NCBI GenBank assembly: GCA_963777505.1
Contig: CAVZQN010000004.1
Span: 928,001-992,000 of the forward strand
Source: an uncultured bacterium
GTDB lineage: Bacteria; Acidobacteriota; HRBIN11; JAKEFK01
Length of the DNA stretch: 64,000 nucleotides
Direction of reading: 5' to 3'
The notes beneath the pieces are model-generated. The model had not been told where the DNA came from. It worked only from the letters and a program-made list of their open reading frames with translations, and ran no database searches. Positions 1 through 10,900 of this stretch are shown piece by piece (within the stretch, counting starts at the first letter, position 1; each line of letters opens with the position of its first letter). A program made the position numbers and the translations under genes.

Positions 1-86
1 GTAAAGTATACCATTTGGTGCAAGAACGCAATTGGAGTTCGAGAGATCGTCTCCAAATTTTGAGGCCTTTTGAAACCCAGTAAGCT

Positions 87-849
87 ATGCCAGAAGCAGC
101 AATAGAAACCGAGGACTTATGTAAAACCTACCTTGACAGAGCCCGCGGTGTCGTCACTGCTGTACAGGATGTCTCATTTCATTTGTTCGTATGGCGAGAT
201 TGTTGGGCTTCTTGGCCCAAATGGCGCCGGAAAGACGACAACACTCCGGATGCTTGCAACTGTATTACAGCCAACTTCCGGAACTGCGCAGGTCGCTGGC
301 TTTGATGTTGTATCTGAATCATTGGAAGTGCGGCGCAAGCTTGGCTTCTTAACCGGCGGCACAGGACTCTATGGAAGACTCACACCTCTGGAGATTTTCA
401 GATTTTTTGGCAGGCTTCACGAAGTCTCCGATGAATACATTGCAAAGCGTTCCGCCGAACTTGTCAGTCTTTTTTCCATGGAGGCTTATCAGAATAGTCA
501 TTGCAGCAAGCTTTCAACAGGTCAACAACAGCGTGTGAATCTTGCGCGAACTTTGCTGCATGACCCGCCAGTTATCATTCTGGATGAACCGACCGCAGGT
601 CTGGATATTATCAGCAGCCGAACAATTCTGGATTTTATTCGCGAATCGAGAGCCGCAGGAAAATGTATTCTTTTTTCCACACATTACATGACAGAAGCGG
701 AGATGCTTTGTGACAGGATCGCTTTAATTCACGAAGGCCGGATCCTCGCATTTGATTCAATCGAACAATTAAAGTCTGCAACCGGACGCGACAATCTTGT
801 AGACGTCTTTTTCCATCTTGTTGAAGAGCATGAGACTCAGAAAGGTTAA
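87..849 (+). CDS. ABC transporter ATP-binding protein (NatA-like), split by an apparent +1 frameshift at ~177-180
   Basis: ORF 87 gives the expected N-terminus (IETEDLCKTY...AVQDVSF). ORF 133..849 continues with Walker A GPNGAGKT, signature LSTGQQQ, Walker B IILDEP and H-loop STH. Removing one T from TCATTTC joins them. Confidence 0.85.
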
Positions 850-2875
850 AGAAATTTTTCGTAAGGAAATTCTGGATACGCTGCGCGATCGCCGCACAAT
901 CTTAATGATGATCGTCATTCCGGTCTTGTTGTATCCAGCTTTACTGATTCTGATCACAGAAATGACAGCAGCACAGCAAGCGAAGTTGGAGCAGCGAACT
1001 GTAAAGATTGCATTGAAGGGTGTTCCTGATAATTCACCTCTGATAGAACGTTTGCGAAAAACTGAACGTGTAACCCTGGTTGAATCTCGCGATCCTTTGA
1101 AAGATGTGCAGGAAGGAAACGTTCTTTTTGTGATCGATATGCCGCCTGGCTCTGAACAAAAAATTCTAGAGAACGGCACCGCAGAGATACGCTTGCGTTA
1201 CGATCGCTCGAATGATGATGCCACCATCAATGCCGATCGCATTCGCAAAGTTATTGAAGATTATGGAAAAGAAATTCTGGATCAAAGGTTACGCGCCAAA
1301 CAGTTAAACAAAGAATACGTCCAACCGGTTCAAATTGAAGAGGTAAATGTCGCATCGCAACAGAAGATGGGCGGCTTCATTATTGGAAGATTTCTTCCCA
1401 TGATGCTTGTGGTTATGGTTCTGATGGGTGCGCTTTATCCTGCGATCGATATGACTGCTGGAGAAAAAGAGCGAGGAACGCTGGAAACAATTTTAACGAG
1501 CCCTGCGACTCGAACCGAAATCATAGCCGGTAAATTCCTGACAGTCACTTTAATCGCTCTGGTTACAGGGTTATTAAACATTGGCAGCATGGCCGGAACT
1601 TTTATTTTCGGCGTCTTCAAACAAGTTTCGGAATCTCTGCAGTTCAACATACCGGTACATTACATTTTGATCATGATCCTTTGTTTGATTCCGCTTGCTG
1701 TATTTTTCAGCGGAATGATGATTGCTGTTTCATGTTTTGCGAGATCTTTTAAAGATGCTTCAAGCCTTTTAACTCCGGTGTACATTGTTGCATCAGTCCC
1801 TGCGTTCATTTCAACTGTGCCTGGCATTCAGCTTGAAGGATTTTGGCTTACGGTTCCAATTGCTAACGTAGTTCTTTTATATAAGGAACTAATGATTGGT
1901 GTTTTTCGAGTCGATCATATTATTGCAGTCTTCTTGTGCACTGCATTTTTTGCAGGGGCAGCTCTTTTTGCAGCGGTGAAGCTTTTTGGCAGAGAAGAAG
2001 TTCTTTTCGGCGAAGCTTCATCATTAGGTTTGAGTTTCCGCAGATCAAATTTCCCTGCGCGTGAAGTCCCAGAACCATCCGAATCCATGTTTTACGCGAT
2101 GCTTGCAATGATTTGCCTGATCTACATCGGTATCCCTTTGCAAGGTCAAAATCTTCCGCTAGGTCTTGCTGTGACCGAATTGGGTTTTTTCATGGCTTTG
2201 CCTTTAGGGCTTGCCTATTACTTAAAACTCAATTTGAAAACGACGTTTTCATTGAGAGCGCCAACGCCATCGTCTCTTATCGCGGCGCTTTTGTTTGCTC
2301 TGGCTGTTCTTCTTGCAGCGGGAACAATTCTTTATCTTCAAAATCAATTCTTGCCGATGCCTCAAAAAGCGCTTGAGGCATTGGAAAAAATGATGAAAGC
2401 GACAAAAGAGTATCCGCTTCCGTTGGTTCTTTTGTTTGTTGCGGTGATGCCTGCGATTTGTGAAGAACTTGCTTTTCGAGGGCTAATTTTTTCAGGATTG
2501 ATCTCGCGTTACAAACCATTTGCGGCAATGGCAGCGACAGCCGCTTTTTTTGCAGCATTCCATTTGAGTTTGTACCGTTTCTTGCCTACATTTCTGATCG
2601 GATTGGCTGCTTGTTATTTAGTGTGGCGTTCAAGATCCATTGTTGCAGGGATGATTTTGCACTTATTGAACAATGCCACGATTACAATCCTTAGCAACTA
2701 CCCTCAACTAGACACATTTGGTCTGTCGCAAATGAAACCGTCATTAGTGTTATTTGTAGCAGGAGCTGCGTGCGCGGCAGCAGCGGTATTCTTATTAAGA
2801 TATTTTAGTCCGATTGTTACAGCCGAGGGCCAGAGGAGCCGAGGAGCAGAGGGAATCAAGACAACTTTGAAATGA
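830..2875 (+). CDS. ABC-2 permease (NatB-like) fused to a C-terminal CPBP/Abi (CAAX-like) intramembrane protease domain
   Basis: KEILDTLRDRRT and AGEKERGTLETIL motifs of NatB-type permeases; C-terminal EELAFRG, FAAFH and HLLNN CPBP motifs; many TM helices. ATG at 830 overlaps the ATPase gene. Confidence 0.85.
   Translation: MRLRKVKEIFRKEILDTLRDRRTILMMIVIPVLLYPALLILITEMTAAQQAKLEQRTVKIALKGVPDNSPLIERLRKTERVTLVESRDPLKDVQEGNVLFVIDMPPGSEQKILENGTAEIRLRYDRSNDDATINADRIRKVIEDYGKEILDQRLRAKQLNKEYVQPVQIEEVNVASQQKMGGFIIGRFLPMMLVVMVLMGALYPAIDMTAGEKERGTLETILTSPATRTEIIAGKFLTVTLIALVTGLLNIGSMAGTFIFGVFKQVSESLQFNIPVHYILIMILCLIPLAVFFSGMMIAVSCFARSFKDASSLLTPVYIVASVPAFISTVPGIQLEGFWLTVPIANVVLLYKELMIGVFRVDHIIAVFLCTAFFAGAALFAAVKLFGREEVLFGEASSLGLSFRRSNFPAREVPEPSESMFYAMLAMICLIYIGIPLQGQNLPLGLAVTELGFFMALPLGLAYYLKLNLKTTFSLRAPTPSSLIAALLFALAVLLAAGTILYLQNQFLPMPQKALEALEKMMKATKEYPLPLVLLFVAVMPAICEELAFRGLIFSGLISRYKPFAAMAATAAFFAAFHLSLYRFLPTFLIGLAACYLVWRSRSIVAGMILHLLNNATITILSNYPQLDTFGLSQMKPSLVLFVAGAACAAAAVFLLRYFSPIVTAEGQRSRGAEGIKTTLK
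2821..2853 (+). repeat. Short purine-rich tandem repeat (GCAGAGGA/GCCGAGGA-type ~8-mers)
   Basis: agccgagggccagaggagccgaggagcagaggg; related arrays at 13311-13345 and 28089-28146. Confidence 0.6.
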
Positions 2876-3132
2876 ACTCTGTGTCCCGGTGGCCAAAAAG
2901 AAAAGCAGCGGAGACTGGCGAATTTGGATCCAGTTGATTGTAGCTAGGAATATTGAGCTGTTTGCTTTTAGGCTCGGTCTGTTGATTTACTTTTTTAGGG
3001 CCGGAAAAGAAGCACTCTCCACGTTGCAAAGAACTTAGCAAACAGGGTGCATCATTCGCGGGACATCCTGTGACAGATGAAAAGAGAGCTCCAATTAAAT
3101 AACTCATTTTCGATTCAGAAAATCCCCTTCTA

Positions 3133-3174
3133 TTGACATGCATTTTTTCGGGACTAACGTTGTAATCGTTTACA
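3133..3174 (+). promoter_or_regulatory. Sigma70 promoter with LacI-family operator
   Basis: TTGACA (3133-3138), 16 nt spacer, TAACGT (3155-3160), followed at once by the near-palindrome TGTAATCGTTTACA (3161-3174) with the central CG typical of LacI/GalR operators. Confidence 0.7.
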
Positions 3175-3248
3175 GTAAGATTCACACCAACCGGGGGTAG
3201 GGCGGGAGGTGACGCCAGCATGCCCGGATGCGGCAGGAGAGGGCAACT

Positions 3249-3620
3249 GTGAACGTCACCATTAAACAAGTCGCAGAGGAAGCGAACCTTTCTGTAGCTG
3301 CAGTCTCTCGCGTTGTCAATGCGAAGAGTCAACTGAGTGATAAAGCCCGACGCCGCCTTTTAAAAGTCGCCAAACGGCTTCGCTATGTGCCCAACATAGC
3401 AGCCCGCAGCTTAACCACAAGCCACACAAACACAATCGGTGTGCTATTACCTGATTTGCAAGGTGAATTCTTTTCGGAAGTCTTGCGTGGAATGGAACTG
3501 ATTTCGCGCAAAGATGGTTACCATTTGTTGGTTTCCAGTATGTGGAGGGGCATCACCGATTTTGTCGATGTTTTACAGAACGTTTCGTTCAAAAACAGAA
3601 TAAATGATCCGTTGAACTAA
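3249..3620 (+). CDS. LacI-family regulator, C-terminally truncated (HTH, hinge and start of sugar-binding domain; ~123 aa)
   Basis: VTIKQVAEEANLSVAAVSRVVN HTH, YVPNIAARSL hinge, TIGVLLPDL...FFSEV. Ends 9 nt before the TBDR start. GTG start follows an AGGAG RBS. Confidence 0.8.
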   Translation: MNVTIKQVAEEANLSVAAVSRVVNAKSQLSDKARRRLLKVAKRLRYVPNIAARSLTTSHTNTIGVLLPDLQGEFFSEVLRGMELISRKDGYHLLVSSMWRGITDFVDVLQNVSFKNRINDPLN

Positions 3621-3629
3621 GGAGTCAAT

Positions 3630-6446
3630 ATGACAAATCAGGTGAAGACAATCAGGGTTGTGCGGTGGCCTGCACTCATCGTACTTTCACTACTTTTTTT
3701 CAGCCAGGCCAGTGCACAAATATCGACTTCAGCAATCCGGGGAACTGTAAGCGATGAAAAAGGTCCACTCCCAGGAGTTCAGGTTGCAGCAGTTGATAGT
3801 CAGACTGGATTTAATTACTCAGCTTATACAGACGAAGTGGGTCGTTTTAACCTTCCTGGATTAAAGCCTGGCACGTATGAAATTACAGTTTCTATGGAAG
3901 GCTTTGTGCCACAAACGCATACGGCCACCATTTTGGTAGGTCAATCCGTAACGCTGGATTTTCATGTTACGACAGACCGGTTGGTTGCGGAAAATGTAAC
4001 GGTCGTTGGTGATACTTTTGTGGAAACAAAAAATACAGATGTTTCAACGAACATTACCAGTCAGCAAATTGAAACGCTTCCACAAAGCAATCGAAATTTC
4101 TTAAATTTTGCGGCTCTCGCACCTGGCGTTCGCATTAACAATGATGAATTTCGCAAAGAAGTTCAAAGCGGTGGGCTTGGTTCGAATGCAACGAATGTCT
4201 TTATTGATGGCGTAAGCTACAAGAACGATATTTTGGAAGGCGGCGTCATCGGACAAGATGCGAGTCGTGGTAATCCATTTCCCCAAAATGCTGTTCAAGA
4301 ATTCCGCGTAGTCACTCAAAATTTCAAAGCTGAATATGAAAAAGCTGCAAGCTCCATCGTGACTGCGGTAACAAAATCAGGTGGAAATGCCTGGGCAGGC
4401 AATGCATTTCTGTTATATCAGGCAGATGCTCTGGTTGAACAAGATGATCTATCCAAAGATAGAGGCGATCCAAGACCTGAACTTACGCGATACCAGGCAG
4501 GCATAAGCCTTGGTGGACCATTGATCAAAAATAAACTTCACATGTTTGCGTCGTTTGAAGAAAATTATCAGGATCGCGAATCCACCGTTTTCCTTGGCGC
4601 ACCCCCACCGCCAGAATGGAATTTCCTTGTTCCGTTTGAAGGCACATTTGTAAGCCCATTTCGCGAACATCTTATTTTTGGAAAAATCTCTTATCAGCCC
4701 GCGGACGATCAAACATTGGATTTCACAATCAATACGCGCCGTGAAAGCGATGAACGCGGTTTCGGCGGACAAACCAGTTTTGAATCAGCTGAAGAAGTTG
4801 CGATCAACAACACGACGTTTCTTGCAAAACATCAATTGCTTCGTACGTATTGGTTCAATGAAGCAAGCTTTATCGTTCAGAGTTCACAATGGAATCCAAG
4901 GCCTCTGAATGAAGGCGAGGTCGGACTCGAATATCAAGGCTTCATGCGGATCGGTGGACGCGATACATCGCAGGATTTTATTCAAGATACAATTTCGATT
5001 CGCGATGACTTTTCATTTACACGATCATGGAAAGGGCAACATGGATTTAAAACCGGCGTGATTGTTGCCTTTAAAGATTACGAAGTAACTAAACTGCAAT
5101 TTGGAAATCCGGTCTTCCGCTTTCTCTCAAATATCAGTCTTGATTTTCCGGCCGAAGCAAACTTTGGCGCGGGGAATCCGGATCTCAGTGACTCCAATAC
5201 TCAATTTGGAATCTACTTTCAGGATGACTGGAATCCGACTCCACAACTTTCAATCAATGCTGGAATCCGTTGGGATTATGAAACGAACATGCTGAATAAT
5301 GATTACGTTACACCGGCGGATGTTCGTGCTGCTTTAACTGGATTGGTTGACGAACGGTATTTCACCGATGGAGATGACCGGCCGAAATTTACAAATGCGT
5401 TTCAGCCGCGATTCGGAATTTCTTATGATTTATCTGGTGATGCTACAACTGTTGCATTTGGCGGAATAGGCCGATACTACGATCGTGTTGTTTACAATCA
5501 AACACTCGATGAACGTTTCCGTTTGCAATACGGTGTACGGTTATTCCGTTTTTCTGCAGATGGCCAACCACGTGATGGTTTTCCAACAATTCAATGGGAT
5601 GACAGTTTTCTGAGTATCGATGGTTTGAATAACTTAATTGCCCAAGGTATTGCACCAAATCCAGAAGTGTTCTTAACCGCTAACGATACTGAACCACCGC
5701 ACACAGATCAATGGAATGCTGGTGTCAGGCATTCGTTTGGCGATGTGCTTGTCTCAGCAACGTATGCGGGAATCCGTGGAAGTAACATCCTGACATTCAT
5801 TTTTGGGAATCGGCGCGCGGATGGAACATGTTGTGAACCTGTGCCAGGCAATTTCAGCAACGTTCTTCTTTCGAGTAACAGAAAAACCTGGTACGATGCG
5901 CTGTACTTGACGCTTGAAAAGCCTTTCACAAGCGAATCCCGTTGGGCCGCAACAGTCACTTATACGCTTTCAAAAGCGGAAAAGATCGGCGGCGATTTAT
6001 TCAGCCTTGATGCCGTTAGCGTTGAAGCGTATCCGCGCCATCCTCAGCCAAACCTCGATGAACGGCATCGAATTGTACTGAGCGGGATCTATCAATTCCC
6101 TTATGAAATTACAGTCAGCGGGTTATTTACATATGGATCAGGTCTGGCCTACACAATTACTGATGCATCGCGCGGGTTTGGTCCAAACGAATTGGTATTT
6201 CGGTTCGGAGAAGGTGAAGGAGATCCGTATTCAAGTCTTGATCTTCGATTCCAAAAAGATTTTATGATCGGCGGATCACACAGAGTTGGCGGAATTATCG
6301 AAGTGTTTAATTTACTCGGACACGATAATTTTGCCGATTTCAACAGTTTCATACCACCGTTACCTGAAACAAATCCGAATCTTGGTGATCCCGGACGTCA
6401 ATTTGAAACACGCCGGTTCCAATTTGGGGTGAACTACATTTTCTAA
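3630..6446 (+). CDS. TonB-dependent outer-membrane receptor (Oar-like, N-terminal carboxypeptidase-regulatory-like domain)
   Basis: Signal peptide, GTVSD...PLPGV, plug motifs RNFLNFAALAPGV and AVQEFRV, beta-barrel pattern, C-terminal QFGVNYIF. Confidence 0.9.
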   Translation: MTNQVKTIRVVRWPALIVLSLLFFSQASAQISTSAIRGTVSDEKGPLPGVQVAAVDSQTGFNYSAYTDEVGRFNLPGLKPGTYEITVSMEGFVPQTHTATILVGQSVTLDFHVTTDRLVAENVTVVGDTFVETKNTDVSTNITSQQIETLPQSNRNFLNFAALAPGVRINNDEFRKEVQSGGLGSNATNVFIDGVSYKNDILEGGVIGQDASRGNPFPQNAVQEFRVVTQNFKAEYEKAASSIVTAVTKSGGNAWAGNAFLLYQADALVEQDDLSKDRGDPRPELTRYQAGISLGGPLIKNKLHMFASFEENYQDRESTVFLGAPPPPEWNFLVPFEGTFVSPFREHLIFGKISYQPADDQTLDFTINTRRESDERGFGGQTSFESAEEVAINNTTFLAKHQLLRTYWFNEASFIVQSSQWNPRPLNEGEVGLEYQGFMRIGGRDTSQDFIQDTISIRDDFSFTRSWKGQHGFKTGVIVAFKDYEVTKLQFGNPVFRFLSNISLDFPAEANFGAGNPDLSDSNTQFGIYFQDDWNPTPQLSINAGIRWDYETNMLNNDYVTPADVRAALTGLVDERYFTDGDDRPKFTNAFQPRFGISYDLSGDATTVAFGGIGRYYDRVVYNQTLDERFRLQYGVRLFRFSADGQPRDGFPTIQWDDSFLSIDGLNNLIAQGIAPNPEVFLTANDTEPPHTDQWNAGVRHSFGDVLVSATYAGIRGSNILTFIFGNRRADGTCCEPVPGNFSNVLLSSNRKTWYDALYLTLEKPFTSESRWAATVTYTLSKAEKIGGDLFSLDAVSVEAYPRHPQPNLDERHRIVLSGIYQFPYEITVSGLFTYGSGLAYTITDASRGFGPNELVFRFGEGEGDPYSSLDLRFQKDFMIGGSHRVGGIIEVFNLLGHDNFADFNSFIPPLPETNPNLGDPGRQFETRRFQFGVNYIF

Positions 6447-6457
6447 CCTATTCTTTG

Positions 6458-6489
6458 CTGGAGCTTCCTGTTGCCGCAGGAAGCTCCAG
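6458..6489 (+). terminator. 13-bp intergenic hairpin (partial terminator or mRNA-stabilising stem)
   Basis: ctggagcttcctg-ttgccg-caggaagctccag just after the TBDR stop; no clear U-tract. Confidence 0.55.
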
Positions 6490-6548
6490 TTCCACCTTTC
6501 TAATTTCGGAATGCGCAGTTTGCACAGTGCGACGGAGGTGTAAAGCTG

Positions 6549-7979
6549 ATGAAAATACGTAAGATTTTTTCACTGCTTGTTCTGTTCGTAGTTTTCTCCT
6601 GGCAAACCGTCGCGCTTGTTGGTTATCAAGCACTTCCGCAATCCGATGCAGATCCGTTTTTGGATGATGTTCAGCATAGAACGTTCCAATATTTTTGGGA
6701 TTTGGCGAATCCAAAAAACGGATTAGTGCCTGATCGCTATCCCACACCTTCTTTTTCCAGCATCGCAGCCGTTGGTTTTGCACTCACCGCTTATCCTGTG
6801 GGAGTCGAGCGCGGTTATATCACCCGAAAGCAAGCGCAAGAACGTGTTCTAAAAACGCTCGAATTTTTTGTGAAAGCTCCTTCCGGTAAAGATGCAAAAA
6901 ATATTTCAGGTTATCAGGGCTTCTTTTATCACTTCCTTGATATGGAAACCGGACATCGTTTCAAAGATGTTGAACTTTCCACAATCGATACAACTTTACT
7001 ATTAGCCGGCGCACTTTTTTGCCAATCCTATTTCGATCAACAAAGTCCCTCTGAAAAGTTGATCAGAGAACATGCTGAAACTCTTTATCGCCGAGCGAAT
7101 TGGAAATGGTTTCAAACTCGCAAACCTTTAATCTCAATGGGATGGTGGCCGGAAGGTGGTTTTATTGATGCTGACTGGCGTGGCTATAACGAAGCAATGA
7201 TCCTGCTTGTTTTAGCTTTAGCCTCACCTACGCATCCGGTTGAACCGGACGCATGGAAGAAATGGACAAGCTCTTATAAATGGAATGAATTTTACGGACA
7301 ACAATACGTTGGATTTGCTCCTTTATTTGGTCATCACTATTCACATGTGTGGATCGATTTTAAAGGAATTCAAGATTCTTACATGCGCGATCGCAAAATT
7401 GATTACTTCGAAAATACCCGCCGCGCTACATATGCTCAAAGAGAATATGCGATCAAAAATCCAATGGGATGGAAAGACTATGGCGAAAACATCTGGGGAT
7501 TAAGCGCCTGTGATGGACCATTGGATATCACGCTGCCGGTAAATGGAAAACCACGACAATTTTTTACATACTCTGCGCGCGGTACCAGTCACGATGAAGT
7601 CCGTGACGATGGCACAATCACACCATCTGCTGCAGCGGGCTCAATGCCATTTACGCCTGAAATTGTAATTCCTGCTTTGATGGAAATGCGCAAACGCTAC
7701 GGAGATGATCTGTTTACGAAATACGGCTTTCTTGATTCTTTCAATCCTACTTTTACATTTGATGTAAAAGTTCAGCATGGACGCGTCTTTCCAGGGAAAG
7801 GTTGGATCGATGGCGATTATATCGGGATCGATCAAGGTGTGTTATTTGCCATGATTGAAAATTATCGCAGCGGTCTCATCTGGGAAGTGATGAAAAAGAA
7901 TCCTCACATTGTGCGAGGTTTGCACCGCGCAGGATTTACTGGGGGATGGCTGGAAGGAAAGATGAAAGATGAAAAATAA
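6549..7979 (+). CDS. Glucoamylase-like family / GH144-type endo-beta-1,2-glucanase, secreted
   Basis: RTFQYFWD...NGLVPDR...SIAAVGFAL, ELSTIDT, GYNEAM, YGFLDSFN and YIGIDQG motifs; signal peptide. Confidence 0.75.
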   Translation: MKIRKIFSLLVLFVVFSWQTVALVGYQALPQSDADPFLDDVQHRTFQYFWDLANPKNGLVPDRYPTPSFSSIAAVGFALTAYPVGVERGYITRKQAQERVLKTLEFFVKAPSGKDAKNISGYQGFFYHFLDMETGHRFKDVELSTIDTTLLLAGALFCQSYFDQQSPSEKLIREHAETLYRRANWKWFQTRKPLISMGWWPEGGFIDADWRGYNEAMILLVLALASPTHPVEPDAWKKWTSSYKWNEFYGQQYVGFAPLFGHHYSHVWIDFKGIQDSYMRDRKIDYFENTRRATYAQREYAIKNPMGWKDYGENIWGLSACDGPLDITLPVNGKPRQFFTYSARGTSHDEVRDDGTITPSAAAGSMPFTPEIVIPALMEMRKRYGDDLFTKYGFLDSFNPTFTFDVKVQHGRVFPGKGWIDGDYIGIDQGVLFAMIENYRSGLIWEVMKKNPHIVRGLHRAGFTGGWLEGKMKDEK

Positions 7980-7989
7980 AAAATAAAAA

Positions 7990-10900
7990 ATGAAACGTTT
8001 AACGACGTCAGTGATGGCTTTGCTTCTTGCTTTGAGCTTGTATGCTTCAAAGGAACAAGTCCTGGACAATTTTGAAGAGATTTCATCCTGGGAGCCTGCA
8101 CCTGCCGAGGGCGTAAAGCTGGAACTTAATGAAGGTGAAGGATATTCAGGCAAAGCGTTAAAAATAGATTTCGATTATCAAGGAAATTCAGGCTGGGCTG
8201 CATTCCGGAAGAAATTTTCACTCAAGCTTCCTGAAAATTACGAATTCTCATTTTGGGTCCGCGCTGAGGCTCCTGTCACACATTTCGAATTTAAGTTGAT
8301 CGATTCAACCGGACAGAATGTATGGTGGGTTAACAAAAGAAATTTTGAGTACCCAAAAGATTGGAAGAAAGTAACGATTAAAAAACGACAGATTAGTTTT
8401 GCATGGGGACCTTCCGGTGGCGGAGAGATCCGTGAAATCTCCACGATTGAATTTGCCATCACTTCAGCTGCTGGAGGCAAAGGCACTGTATGGCTCGATG
8501 AATTAAGCTTCCGCGAGTTGCCGCCAGTGAAACCATATTCAAACGTTCCTGCCACTAGCGCTAGTTCTGATGTTGCGGGATTTCCAGCGAAAAATGCAAT
8601 GGATGGAAATCGTGAAACACTATGGAAAAGCGGATCCGGTTTGCAGCAATTTTATGAAATTGATTTTCATCAGGTGCGCGAACTCGGCGGAATGATCATT
8701 GATTGGGATGAACAGAATTTTGCACGAAAGTACGAAATTCAACTGAGCGAAGATAAATCAAATTGGACAACGCTCAGTACAATTCAAGATAGTAATGGAG
8801 GCCACGATTATTTATACCTTCCTGAAACTGAAACAAGATACTTGCGAATCCGATTGGTGGAAGGAAATTCACCAAAAGGATTTGGAATTCGTGAAATTGA
8901 GATTAAACCACTTGAGTTTGCATCAAGTCCGAATGCTTTTTTTTCTTCCATCGCGAAAGATGCACAGCGCGGATTTTATCCAAGAGGATTTTCAGGAGAG
9001 CTTGCCTATTGGACAGTAGTAGGTGTTGATCGTGCTCCGGATGAAGCGTTGTTGAACGAAGATGGCGCGTTTGAACCATCGATCGCGTCTTATTCGATCG
9101 AACCATTTGTATTTGTAAATAACAAACTGATTACCTGGAGTGATGTTAAGACCGAACAATCCTTGCTTGAAGAATATCTTCCGATTCCATCCGTTCGATG
9201 GATTCATGAAGGGTTCTTTTTGGACATTACTGCATCGGCTTCAAATGCGCAGACAGAAGTTCAATACCGTTTAACAAACAGGAAGAATAATGCGTCAACC
9301 ATGAAGCTTTTTTTAACGGTTCGTCCTTTTCAAGTCAACCCGCCCTCGCAATTTCTAAATACGCCAGGCGGTACCGTGCCGATTCATAATTTAAAGTGGG
9401 ATCAAAACAAGTTAGCGATTAATGAAAAACATTTTGTTTTTACAACGAGTCCGCCATCTGGCTTTGGCGCCTCATCGTTTCACTCAGGCGATATCAGCGA
9501 ATTCTTAAATGCTGGCAAATTACCGGCATCAAAAGATGTTTTGGATTCATTTGGATATGCTTCAGGCGCGTTTGAGTACGAATTTGCGTTAGAACCTGGC
9601 GCCAAGAAGGACATCACAATTTCAACTAGCCAATTTTTTTCAGAAACGAATCACGAGGACTTCAAAAATGTACTGAATCGCGTTCAAATTCGCTTGCCTG
9701 AAGAAGCTAAATCGTTTGTAAATACTTTGAAATCCAACCATGCATACATTTTGATCAATCGTGATGGTCCTGCCATTCAGCCTGGATCGCGGGCTTACGC
9801 TCGTTCCTGGATCCGCGATGGTTCCTTAACCTCAACTGCGTTGCTTCGATTGGGGAATGCGAAGGCTGCAAAAGAATTCATAGAATGGTACTCGAAGTTC
9901 CAATATCCAAACGGAAAAGTACCATGTTGCGTTGATGCACGCGGCGCGGATCCTGTCCCTGAACATGATAGTCACGGTGAATTCATCTATATCATTGCGG
10001 AATATTATCGTTATACAAAAGATCGTGAATTTCTGACGAAGCTCTGGCCTAATGTTGCGAAAGCGGTGCAGTACATTGATTCGTTGCGCAGAGAGCGGCG
10101 AACTCCCGAATTCCAAAAACCAGAAAAGCGGATGTTCTATGGATTGTTGCCTGAATCCATCAGTCATGAAGGTTACTCAGCAAAGCCTGTCCATTCCTAT
10201 TGGGATGATTTCTTTGCGTTGCGTGGGTTGAAAGATGCTGTAGAAATCGCTACAGCACTTGGAAAAGAAAAAGAGCAAAAAGAATTCAGTTTGATTCGTG
10301 ATGAATTTAAAGCAGATTTATACACATCACTTCAGCAAACAATTGCTCATCATAAAATTGATTACATTCCAGGTTCGGCCGATCTCGGTGATTTTGATCC
10401 AACAAGCACAACGATAGCGATCGCTCCAGGCGATGAACTCGAAAATTTACCGCAAAAGGAATTGCATCAAACATTCGAACGATATTATCAAGAATCGATG
10501 CAACGAGTGGCTGGATCAAAATGGGAAGGATATACACCTTATGAACTTCGGAATGTCGGAATTTTTATACGTTTAGGATGGAAGGAAAGAGCACACGAAC
10601 TGTTGCAATTTTTTATGCAACATCGCAGGCCTGCGGGATGGAATCATTGGGCTGAAGTTGTATTTCGCGACCCACGTGCAGCAAAATTTATCGGTGATAT
10701 GCCTCACACCTGGGTTGGCTCTGACTTCATTCGATCTTTTCTAGATTTTTTTACTTACGAACGCGGACACGATCAATCTTTGGTTCTTGGCGCCGGAGTT
10801 TTGGCTGAATGGGCTCAAAGTCCCGATGGTGTCTCAATTCAGAATCTTCAAACGGAGTATGGCCCGCTTACATATTCTCTGACTGCAACCTCGAATGAAG

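Noticed and set aside
2856-3332. 158-aa minus-strand ORF and the many other short overlapping ORFs in the track
   Set aside because: They overlap promoters or well-supported genes on other frames and show no recognisable motifs; treated as shadow ORFs.
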